Source: Elusimicrobiota bacterium (GTDB taxonomy: Bacteria; Elusimicrobiota; Elusimicrobia; UBA1565). From it: DNA of 64,000 nucleotides. The position numbers and the translations under genes are program-made. Below the pieces are notes generated by a model, which searched no databases, was not told where the DNA came from, and worked only from the letters and a program-made list of their open reading frames with translations. This document shows, in pieces, positions 46,887 to 54,825 of this stretch. The first letter of the stretch is position 1; every line of letters starts with the position of its first letter. The stretch is from contig JBDRPD010000001.1 in assembly GCA_043827405.1 (NCBI GenBank), positions 489 through 64,488 on the forward strand, written 5' to 3'.

Positions 46887-48313
46887 TTTTTACAGGCGTC
46901 GTTCATCTGGCGGCCTTGACCCGCGCAGTCGATGGGCACTGAGCTGTCGCCGCCGCGCAGATCCGCGCAGGCGGCGCCGATGGCCGCGCCGTGCGTGTTG
47001 GCTTTGTCGCAGTAAGAAGTCACTACGGCGACTTTCTGCGCCAGCGTACTTTTGCTTCTTTGCCAACGGCGTCTCGAAGCGCCGCAGTTGAAGGCCAGGC
47101 AGTCCATCAAGGCGTTCCAGAAATCATGCTTCTTGTCGACGCAGTCGCGGATCTGCGCCTGCGCGACCTTGATCGCCTCGCCCATGCTGTCGAGGGCTTC
47201 CTGCTGCGGCGTCTTGTGCGCTTCCGTGGCATCGGTGCATTTCTTGATCTTGCGCTCCTGCTCTTCAGCCTGCTCTTTGAGCGCCTCGACGTCGCCGGTG
47301 CCCGGCAGGGTGCCGCCGCCGCCCATGCCCTGCAGGGAGTCTTTGCTGCCGGGTTCGCGGCCGCCGTCAAATACCAGGCCGGCCGTGTCCTTCATCAGCG
47401 TGCCGCCCGCCTCTTCGGTTTCGCTGGAGCCTTGTGCGGCATGGCTGAAGGCCTGGGCCACGGTAAGCTGGTACATCACCGTGGACTCGGCGCTCGGCGG
47501 TTGGGCGAGCGCTTTCTGGTCGCCGAGGAACTTGCGCGAATTGCGCATCTCGTTGGAGCTGCCGTGCCTGCCGCCGGTCTTTTGCCCCTTGCCCGCTCCC
47601 GGCGCCTGCATATTGCGCAAAGTTTTGTCGACCATGCCGTCGCCCAGATTAACGGGCTTGGCCTTTACTCCGTCCCGTTTCACCAGCAGGCCGGGGTCCA
47701 TCATGATATTTGAGTGCTCGCCGGCTCCCGAGCCGCCGCCCGCGCCGGAGTGGTCGCCGGCGCCGCCGCCTGAATGGCGGATGGACTCGGCGAAGGCCGT
47801 ATTGACCAGCCCTTCGACCAGCGAGCCTTCATCGACCGGCATCGCGTCGCCGGCCTTCTTCGCGTCTTCCGGCGTCATGACGCCCTTGATCGACTTGCCG
47901 CGTTCCTTGCCGACGCCGTCGTAGGTATACTGGCGCTCATCCTCCATCAGGTAGGCGCCCGATACCATCTTGACGCGCGAATGCTTGGGGTTCGGCTTAT
48001 AGTTGTTCATCGCGGCCAGGCGGCGGCGGATATAGCCGGGGACGCCCTGGTACATCTGGTTGAGCGCTTCCTGATACGCCTTGAGCTCCACGCCTTCCTG
48101 CTTGTTCCTATTGAGAAGCGCCGTGACGCCCAGCTTCTCGGCGACATAGGAGACGCCGGGAATCTTGAGGACGACGGAAGGCTTCATGGCGAACAGAATG
48201 AGCGCGAGGGAGGCGACCACGACGACGGGACCGGAGCTTCGTCCTTGGCGGAAAGTGAAAAGCACCGCGGCCAGAAATCCCTTTTTCCTATTTTTTTCCA
48301 GGAATTTGCTCAT
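46883..48313 (-). CDS. Membrane-anchored Gly-rich protein with a Cys-rich coiled C-terminus, related to the genes at 1-2747
   Basis: KNRKKG plus N-terminal hydrophobic segment, Gly-rich stalk, STVMYQLTVAQAFSHAA...VFDG motif, C-terminal Cys-containing helices. Confidence 0.75.
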   Translation of the reverse strand: MSKFLEKNRKKGFLAAVLFTFRQGRSSGPVVVVASLALILFAMKPSVVLKIPGVSYVAEKLGVTALLNRNKQEGVELKAYQEALNQMYQGVPGYIRRRLAAMNNYKPNPKHSRVKMVSGAYLMEDERQYTYDGVGKERGKSIKGVMTPEDAKKAGDAMPVDEGSLVEGLVNTAFAESIRHSGGGAGDHSGAGGGSGAGEHSNIMMDPGLLVKRDGVKAKPVNLGDGMVDKTLRNMQAPGAGKGQKTGGRHGSSNEMRNSRKFLGDQKALAQPPSAESTVMYQLTVAQAFSHAAQGSSETEEAGGTLMKDTAGLVFDGGREPGSKDSLQGMGGGGTLPGTGDVEALKEQAEEQERKIKKCTDATEAHKTPQQEALDSMGEAIKVAQAQIRDCVDKKHDFWNALMDCLAFNCGASRRRWQRSKSTLAQKVAVVTSYCDKANTHGAAIGAACADLRGGDSSVPIDCAGQGRQMNDACKN

Positions 48314-48335
48314 GGCCGTCTAATACTCCTTTTTC

Positions 48336-48364
48336 AGTATAGACCCGGCCCCTGGACCCGTCAA
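48336..48364 (-). promoter_or_regulatory. Sigma70-type promoter for 46883..48313
   Basis: TTGACG-N17-TATACT followed by AAGGAG. Confidence 0.8.
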
Positions 48365-48380
48365 GGGCCTTCCTCAAAGG

Positions 48381-48458
48381 CCTAATATTTTTTAGGCCGA
48401 TTAACCAGGTTATTAAGGCTTTTTGACCCATGCAGAAAAGCGGCAGGGCGGCTAGAAT
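48381..48458 (+). promoter_or_regulatory. Conserved promoter cassette, copy A
   Basis: CCTAA-TATTTT-TTAGG-N26-TTGACCCATGC-N19-TAGAAT-N8-ATG. Confidence 0.85.
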
Positions 48459-48466
48459 CAAGGTAC

Positions 48467-51400
48467 ATGAACTTGCGCTGGCCGCCAGCTCCGCCCGGAC
48501 TGCTTCGGAAGTGCCTCGCTTCCGCCGTCGCCGCCTCCCTGCTGGTAACCCAGCAGGGATTTTTCTTTTATGAGGCGATGGCCGCGCAGTTCGTCGCGCC
48601 GAAGGTCGGCGCGGCCGGCATGGGAACCGGCAATGCCGCGGCCGGCGCCGGCGCCGCCGCCAAGGTGCCCGGCATCCGGCTTGATAATTTCGGCCTGAAT
48701 CTCTCGGGAGTCAATGCCGCCTCGGTGCTGCCGGCGAATACCGCGATCAACTCTGTCGCGCCCCAGCTCTCATCCGTCTTGTCGAGCCCGCATGCTCAAA
48801 CCGTCACCGCGGAAGCGCCCGGTTTGCCGGCCGGCGTGAAGCAGGTCGCGGTCACGCCGAGCAAGGATATTGAACCGGCGAAAACCGCGGTCTCGCTGCG
48901 CGCGGGACTCTCCCAGCTCGGAAGCGCCCTGGTCAAGCCGGCGCGCGGCAAGCGCTCCGGGATTCTTGGACGATTCTTCGACCAGGGGAAAAAGCATGAC
49001 GGCTCCCCCGCTCCGCTCGGGGTCGGCGGTGCCGCGCGCCGGATGACGGGCCTCAGGCCCGGCGCGGACTTTAGCGTCGATCATTACCAGCGGCTAAAAG
49101 AACTCAAGCAGGTCCTGGGCGAAGGAACGCCCGAGGGTGCGGGCTGGATCCGCGCCTTCCGCTTCCGCGACCCGCAAAACGGCTGGCGCACCGCGCGCTC
49201 CGCCGGGCTGGAGGGCTTTTTCTTCACCAAGATCGAGCATGAGCAGACCTGGGGCGGGCTGATCTCGTCCGGGCAGCTCGGAGACTACTTCAACTATCTC
49301 GACGCTTTGCTGACGCCGGTCGCCTGGACGGCGGACATTCGCCGCGAGCTGGCGGCGCTGCGCGACGACGCGTCCGTGCCGCTGGTGGAGAAGAACGATC
49401 GCCTCAACAAGCTCCTTATCCGTACCTTAGATAGGCTGCGGGCGGAGCTCAAGGAGCTCGATAAGGCGCAGTGGGGGCGCAGCGCTCATACCTACGCCAT
49501 TTTCTCGCGCGCCTACAACCGTTTGCGGCCCGGGAAGAATTTCTTCGATTCCCTCGACGATGAGGAACTGGCGCGCATCCGCGAGGAGGTCCAGGTCGAC
49601 CAGCTGTGGCTGCTCGACATCTTCGAGATCGGCGACGTCAAGCGCTGGGGCACCGGCGGCGGCTCGCCCTACGCCATCAAGGGGTACCGGAAGATAAAGG
49701 AAGAGCTGGGCGGCGCGGAGGCTTTCGGCCGCTTCGTGCAGCGCGCGCATGCGCTGGGCTTCAAGGTCCGCACCGACTTTATCCCGAACCATACCTCGCT
49801 TGACAGCGAGCTGGCGCAGCGGCACCCCGAGGCCTTTATTCATCTCCTGCCGCCCCAGCATCTGTCCGATGACGAGATCTGGGCGCAGACGCCGCGCGAG
49901 GCGCAGGGGAACCGTCATCCCAACTTTTACCTGATCAAGACGCGAAGCTACCCGGGACGGGAGGGAATCGAGACCAAGGTTCTGATCCACCATCCGGTGT
50001 CCGACTTCGGGCTGTGGATCGACATGGGACAGATCGACTACAGCCAGAAGACCGCGCGCGCCTGGTTCATCGAGCAGGCCATGCACCTTTTCGGCGACAA
50101 GGGGGTCGACTCCATCCGGCGCGACATGGCCTACTACGTCATTAACGAGAACTACTACGACCGCTGGCTGAATATCCTGGAGGGAGAAAAGAACGGCGCC
50201 GGGGGCTGGGTGCGCGAAGCGCTGGAGCGCACGATCCGCGAGTTCCGCGAGCGCCGCGCGGCGCTCAACGGCGCCGAGGTGCTCGAGGAATTGACCGATA
50301 CGGTGAAGCGCCGCTACCCGTCGGCGGTCATGGACGATGAGGTCTATGCCTTCTTCACCGGCATGAGCCGCCTGGGGGCCGACGGCATCTACGGCAAGAA
50401 CACGCAGGACGCGGAGATGGGGCAGTTCGGCCTCTTCGACGCCCTGAAGAGCTTCAACGCGGGCGCCATCCGCCGGGCCCTGCGCAACAACTTCTTCCGC
50501 TTCTGGCAGAAAGGCGGCGCCAGCACGGTGAACTTTGTCGGCAACCACGACGAGGCGAATCCCGTTGATGTTTTCGGGGTGCGCTTGCGGGCGGCGGCCG
50601 CCATGGCGCTCTTGGGCGGGCCGATTTTGACCTATAACGGCTTCGAGCTCGGCACCGGCCAGCGCGAGATGGTGGGCGACCTGCCGAACTCGGTCGACCG
50701 CAACAAGGCCATCCCGTTCGATGTGCCGGTGATGATTCGCTGGGAGACCGTCAACCGGGAGAACCGGCTCTTTATCCGGGATCTGCTGCGGGCGCGCCGG
50801 CGCAATATCGGCTTGTTTGAGAACGGCGCGGCGTCCGTGCTCGAGCCCTATCAAGACACCCCGATCGTGGCCTGGTCGGCGAGCCGCCGCGAGGCCGGCC
50901 GGCAGGAGACCCTGCTCGTCGCCGGGAACTTTAATCATGATTGGGCCTGGGGGCACTTCAAGTTCAGCGCGCCGATCCTCGGCGAGTTCGGCGCCTTCCG
51001 GCCGCGCGCCGACCGGAACTACATCCTGCGCGACGCCGTGCACCGGGGCGAAGACGGCCGGCCGCTGACCTTCGAACGCACCGGCAAAGAGCTGCAGGAA
51101 CAGGGGCTCTTCGTGCACCTGGCTCCCGGCGACGCGCATATCTTCGAGGTCGAAGAGCTCGATCCGAGCGCTCCGGCGACCGGGCCGCCTGCCCGCTCGG
51201 TCATCAGCCGCCTGCGCGACGCCGCCGTCAGCGGCATCGAAGAGCCGCTGGCCTTCAAGTTTACCGGCATCCGCGAGGAGCTCTGGGGACCGCACCATGA
51301 AGCGAGGAAGCCGCAGACCTGGGATGCCCTGACCAAATGGCTCACCGACTCGGCCATCCTCGCCTTCCTGCCGCTGCAGGTGCCGCAGATCATCAAGAAC

Positions 51401-52258
51401 TTCCTGCTGATCTCCGCCGGAACGCTGGCGCCGATCTCGATTCTTCCGTGGATGGGCTATACGACGGGAATTCTCGGCAATATGCTGCTGCTCTCCTATT
51501 TCGTCTCCAAGAAAGAGGCGGGGGCCGCCCGGGTGCAGGCGGTCGGCGTAATCACCAGCGGCATCGTGCTGGCGCAGATATTCTACGCCGGCTTCATGCC
51601 GGCATTCGCTTTTTGGGGCATCGCGGCGATGATGGCGGGCGGGCTGACGCTGAACCTGCTGAAGTACCTGGGCGTCTTCAACGGCAATATCTGGAAGGCG
51701 TGGACCATGATCAGCGGACTGACCGGGCTGGGAGTGCTGCCCACCGTGTTATGGTCGACCTTCATGCCGCAGATGTCGGTTTGGCCGGCGGTGGTGACCC
51801 TGGCGGGAGGACTCATCTTCCTCCTGCTGCAGCGGCTCGGCAAGCTTCCCAAGGGACTGGAGAACACCTGGTCCAAGCTCTCGGCCTGGACGGCGACCAT
51901 GCTCTTTATGTTCGGCCCCATCGCCCAGCTGGTCAGCAACTTCGCCAATCCCGCCAATATCGCGGGGCTCTCGCTGCTCACCCTCATGCTGGCGACCGCG
52001 GGCAATGCCTTGATGCTGCCCCGCGCGATCCTGACCAAGGACCGCATCTGGCTCACCGGGAGCTTGTGGGCGGTGGCGATGGGCGGCTGGGCGGTGATGC
52101 TCAGCATGCTGCTTTACGGCGCCGTCTCGCCGCTGTTCTTCGCGGGTTTTTCCGTCATTCTGCCGGTCTACCTGGCCTTCATTATCCGCCAAGCCATGAA
52201 GCATCACGGGGCGACTTTCCGCGAGCTCCTGCGCTCGCTGGTTAAAGGCGGCGCCTAA
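48467..52258 (+). CDS. Fusion protein: conserved leader, unknown helical domain, GH13 alpha-amylase-family domain, MEX1-like (chloroplast maltose exporter) membrane domain
   Basis: GH13 regions GSPYAI, FIPNHTS, DSIRRDMA, DDEVY, FVGNHDE; C-terminal ~310 aa with LQVPQII.N, PWMG..TGILGN.LLLSYF, WTAT.LFM, NP.NI.GLS, GN.LMLPRA, WLTGSLWA matching plant MEX1 as recalled. Confidence 0.88.
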   Translation: MNLRWPPAPPGLLRKCLASAVAASLLVTQQGFFFYEAMAAQFVAPKVGAAGMGTGNAAAGAGAAAKVPGIRLDNFGLNLSGVNAASVLPANTAINSVAPQLSSVLSSPHAQTVTAEAPGLPAGVKQVAVTPSKDIEPAKTAVSLRAGLSQLGSALVKPARGKRSGILGRFFDQGKKHDGSPAPLGVGGAARRMTGLRPGADFSVDHYQRLKELKQVLGEGTPEGAGWIRAFRFRDPQNGWRTARSAGLEGFFFTKIEHEQTWGGLISSGQLGDYFNYLDALLTPVAWTADIRRELAALRDDASVPLVEKNDRLNKLLIRTLDRLRAELKELDKAQWGRSAHTYAIFSRAYNRLRPGKNFFDSLDDEELARIREEVQVDQLWLLDIFEIGDVKRWGTGGGSPYAIKGYRKIKEELGGAEAFGRFVQRAHALGFKVRTDFIPNHTSLDSELAQRHPEAFIHLLPPQHLSDDEIWAQTPREAQGNRHPNFYLIKTRSYPGREGIETKVLIHHPVSDFGLWIDMGQIDYSQKTARAWFIEQAMHLFGDKGVDSIRRDMAYYVINENYYDRWLNILEGEKNGAGGWVREALERTIREFRERRAALNGAEVLEELTDTVKRRYPSAVMDDEVYAFFTGMSRLGADGIYGKNTQDAEMGQFGLFDALKSFNAGAIRRALRNNFFRFWQKGGASTVNFVGNHDEANPVDVFGVRLRAAAAMALLGGPILTYNGFELGTGQREMVGDLPNSVDRNKAIPFDVPVMIRWETVNRENRLFIRDLLRARRRNIGLFENGAASVLEPYQDTPIVAWSASRREAGRQETLLVAGNFNHDWAWGHFKFSAPILGEFGAFRPRADRNYILRDAVHRGEDGRPLTFERTGKELQEQGLFVHLAPGDAHIFEVEELDPSAPATGPPARSVISRLRDAAVSGIEEPLAFKFTGIREELWGPHHEARKPQTWDALTKWLTDSAILAFLPLQVPQIIKNFLLISAGTLAPISILPWMGYTTGILGNMLLLSYFVSKKEAGAARVQAVGVITSGIVLAQIFYAGFMPAFAFWGIAAMMAGGLTLNLLKYLGVFNGNIWKAWTMISGLTGLGVLPTVLWSTFMPQMSVWPAVVTLAGGLIFLLLQRLGKLPKGLENTWSKLSAWTATMLFMFGPIAQLVSNFANPANIAGLSLLTLMLATAGNALMLPRAILTKDRIWLTGSLWAVAMGGWAVMLSMLLYGAVSPLFFAGFSVILPVYLAFIIRQAMKHHGATFRELLRSLVKGGA

Positions 52259-52312
52259 AGCGAACACCGTCCGGCCGGCGTCGTCCTTTGTATATAATCA
52301 CTGAGCGCAACC

Positions 52313-53323
52313 ATGGAACACGCACTCACCCGCTTTATTGAAAGCATTTCCCTGATCCACCCGATTCTTGTATTCGGTCTGATCGCGGTCTGCTTGGGCC
52401 TCGTCGGCAAGAGCGCCGACATCCTGGTCGATGAGGCGGTGCTGCTGGCGCGGCGCTCCGGGGTGTCCACCGTTATCATCGGCGCGACCGTGGTCAGCCT
52501 CGGCACCACCATGCCGGAAGCCGCGATCTCGGTATTCGCCGCCATCCAGGGCAAGCCGGGTCTGGCGCTGGGCAACGCCGTCGGCTCGGTGATCTGCGAT
52601 ACCGGCCTGATCCTGGGTTTGGCCTGCATGCTGGGCGAGCTGCCGCTGGACCGCAGAACGGTGAACCGCCAGGGCTGGATCCAGCTGGGAGCGGGGATTC
52701 TCCTGGTGGCCGTGACCCTGGCCTTCGGCCGCCGCTTGCCGCGGGGCGCCGGCTTCGTATTTCTCGGTCTTCTTGCCGTCTATATCTGGCTGTCGGTCCG
52801 CTGGGGCAAGTCGGCCGGCTGCGAAGAGGGGGGAGAGGTGCCGCAGGAGTCGGCGGGATATATCCTGCTCAAACTCGCGGGTGCGATCACTCTCCTTATT
52901 ATCGGCTCACGGATCCTGATCCCCGCGGTCATGCATGTGGCGCTGCTCTTCGGCGTGCCCGAGGATATCATCGCCGCGACCTTGGTCGCCTTCGGCACTT
53001 CGCTCCCCGAGCTGATTACGGCGGTGACCGCCGTGCGCAAGGGCGAGGGGGGGCTGGCGGTCGGCAATATCATCGGCGCCGATATCCTGAACATCCTGTT
53101 CGTCTCGGGTGCGGCCTGCGCGGTGACGGCGGGCGGCCTGGCGGTGCCGGACACTTTCTTCAAGCTGCACTTCCCCGCGATGATCGCCATCCTGGTTATC
53201 TTCCGTCTGGGAATATTCTTCTCCGGCAAGCAGCTCAAGCGGCCTTTCGGCTTTCTGCTGCTCGCCTCCTATGCCGTGTATCTGATTCTGCAGTACACCC
53301 TGCTCGGCCGCGTCGGCGGCTGA
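52313..53323 (+). CDS. Ca2+/Na+ antiporter, YrbG/CaCA family
   Basis: Alpha repeats SLGTTMPE and AFGTSLPE, GNAVGS and GNIIGAD. Confidence 0.93.
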   Translation: MEHALTRFIESISLIHPILVFGLIAVCLGLVGKSADILVDEAVLLARRSGVSTVIIGATVVSLGTTMPEAAISVFAAIQGKPGLALGNAVGSVICDTGLILGLACMLGELPLDRRTVNRQGWIQLGAGILLVAVTLAFGRRLPRGAGFVFLGLLAVYIWLSVRWGKSAGCEEGGEVPQESAGYILLKLAGAITLLIIGSRILIPAVMHVALLFGVPEDIIAATLVAFGTSLPELITAVTAVRKGEGGLAVGNIIGADILNILFVSGAACAVTAGGLAVPDTFFKLHFPAMIAILVIFRLGIFFSGKQLKRPFGFLLLASYAVYLILQYTLLGRVGG

Positions 53324-53339
53324 GCGCCCTGTCCTTGGT

Positions 53340-53417
53340 CCTAATAAAATTTGGGTCCAATTCCTGTGAAATGCGGTCTGGTTGACCCATGCGTATTCGC
53401 TGTTTTCCCAATAAGAT
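53340..53417 (+). promoter_or_regulatory. Conserved promoter cassette, copy B
   Basis: CCTAA-TAAAAT-TTGGG-N26-TTGACCCATGC-N19-TAAGAT-N7-ATG. Confidence 0.85.
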
Positions 53418-53424
53418 CATAGAG

Positions 53425-54723
53425 ATGAGCGTTTTCCTTAGAAAGCTTCTGGCGTCCGTCATCACCGCTTCCCTGCTGGTGGCCCAGCAGGGTTTTTCTT
53501 TTAGCGCTCAGGCGGCGATCAAGGTGAACCTCGCGGCGACGAGCGGCGGCTCCAGCGCGGCGGCGGCGGCGGGCGGCGTTATCGGCGCCAATAGCGCGCT
53601 CAACAATCTTAAACTTTCCGCCCAGGGCTTGAACCTTAAGACCGGCGTCCTGCCGTCGGTGAATATGCCGAATGTCTCGGTGAACGGCGCCGTCGGTAAT
53701 GTCGAAACCGTGCTGCCGCTGTCGGTGGCGGCGCCGACTATGGAAGCCAAGAAAGCCCAGGGAGTCGGGACCGTCTCCGCCGCTGAGGTTCCGGCCGCCG
53801 CGCCGGCGCTGGCAAGGAACGGGCACCAGAAAACGGTGATGCGCCGGGCCGCTCGCATCCAGCAGGCGCTGGGCAAAAAGACTGCCACCGAACTGCATCA
53901 GCTTTTCGATAATGCGCGCCAGGCCGGCGCGGAAAACTTCGTCGGGGCGGAAGAAAGCGGCGCGAAAAAGCCGGCGGTGAAGCTTAAGCCGGCCGCGGAA
54001 GCCCCGGTCAAGAAACGCCGGCTCATCGAGTTCCGTCCCGAGGTCATCAAGGGCATCAAGGAAGCTTTCCGCAGTTCGTGGACCCGGCCCAACAAGCAGG
54101 ACTATACCTACCTGGTCACCAAGACTTTCGGCGTCAACCTGGCGGTGCGGCTCGGCTTTGTCATCCAGGGCGTCATGGGCGGCACTTTGCCGCTGCTGCG
54201 GGCCATTCTGTCGACCACCTGGTATCAGGCGCAGGACGCGGTCTTCACCGTTTTCGGGCAGACCTATATGAAGTTCCTCAACAAGATGACGGGTCTGCTG
54301 CGCATCCATAACGCCGAGGTCGGCGACTTCCTCTTCATCTATACCCAGCTCGTCTTCTTCGAATTCCTTAACCGGCTCGTGCTCGGTCCCTTGGGCGCCA
54401 ATCCGCTGGTCTATAGCTGGGCCGGCATAGGGCTGATTTTCCTCAATATCATACAGGGCATGATCGCCGGCGGTCCGCTCATCCCGGCCATCAACAAGAT
54501 GCACAAGGCGGGCGTGATCAAGCACTCCACCATGATGCATCTCTACCAGATATCCAGCCTGACCATGCATCTGGGGCTGTTCGCGACCTTCGGCTTTCAG
54601 TCGATCTTTACCTTGCTCAGCACCATCCTCATGTTCATATCGTGGGGGCTTTACCTCTACTTTACGGCCTTCTACAAGCCGCCTCCCGGCGCCGTATTGC
54701 CCGACGAGTCCAACGGCCTCTGA
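53425..54723 (+). CDS. Conserved leader plus unknown polytopic membrane domain (domain X)
   Basis: Start ATG 53425; leader LASVITASLLVAQQGF...GLNLKTGVLPSV...LHQLFD; ~200-aa hydrophobic domain shared with 59790..60995. Confidence 0.85.
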   Translation: MSVFLRKLLASVITASLLVAQQGFSFSAQAAIKVNLAATSGGSSAAAAAGGVIGANSALNNLKLSAQGLNLKTGVLPSVNMPNVSVNGAVGNVETVLPLSVAAPTMEAKKAQGVGTVSAAEVPAAAPALARNGHQKTVMRRAARIQQALGKKTATELHQLFDNARQAGAENFVGAEESGAKKPAVKLKPAAEAPVKKRRLIEFRPEVIKGIKEAFRSSWTRPNKQDYTYLVTKTFGVNLAVRLGFVIQGVMGGTLPLLRAILSTTWYQAQDAVFTVFGQTYMKFLNKMTGLLRIHNAEVGDFLFIYTQLVFFEFLNRLVLGPLGANPLVYSWAGIGLIFLNIIQGMIAGGPLIPAINKMHKAGVIKHSTMMHLYQISSLTMHLGLFATFGFQSIFTLLSTILMFISWGLYLYFTAFYKPPPGAVLPDESNGL

Positions 54724-54739
54724 CCTCCCGTCCGTTGGG

Positions 54740-54817
54740 CCTATTATTTTTTGGGTCCTATTTCATCCGAATCAGACCTTGTTGACCCATGCGGGCCCGG
54801 CGCTTCGCGGTTAATAT
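54740..54817 (+). promoter_or_regulatory. Conserved promoter cassette, copy C
   Basis: CCTAT-TATTTT-TTGGG-N26-TTGACCCATGC-N19-TAATAT-N8-ATG. Confidence 0.85.
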
Positions 54818-54825
54818 TAATAGTG

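Noticed and set aside
48270-48313. Type IV prepilin cleavage site (KKG|FL) in 46883..48313
   Set aside because: No Glu at +5, the hydrophobic run is interrupted, and the paralogs lack the G|F junction
48423-48428. TTGACC in the cassette as a canonical -35 box
   Set aside because: It is 24 nt from the -10 box in all three copies, incompatible with 16-18 nt sigma70 spacing
52313-53323. Ca2+/Na+ antiporter as a dedicated part of the alpha-glucan system
   Set aside because: It has its own TATAAT promoter and lacks the leader and cassette; a link through Ca-dependent amylases is unsupported
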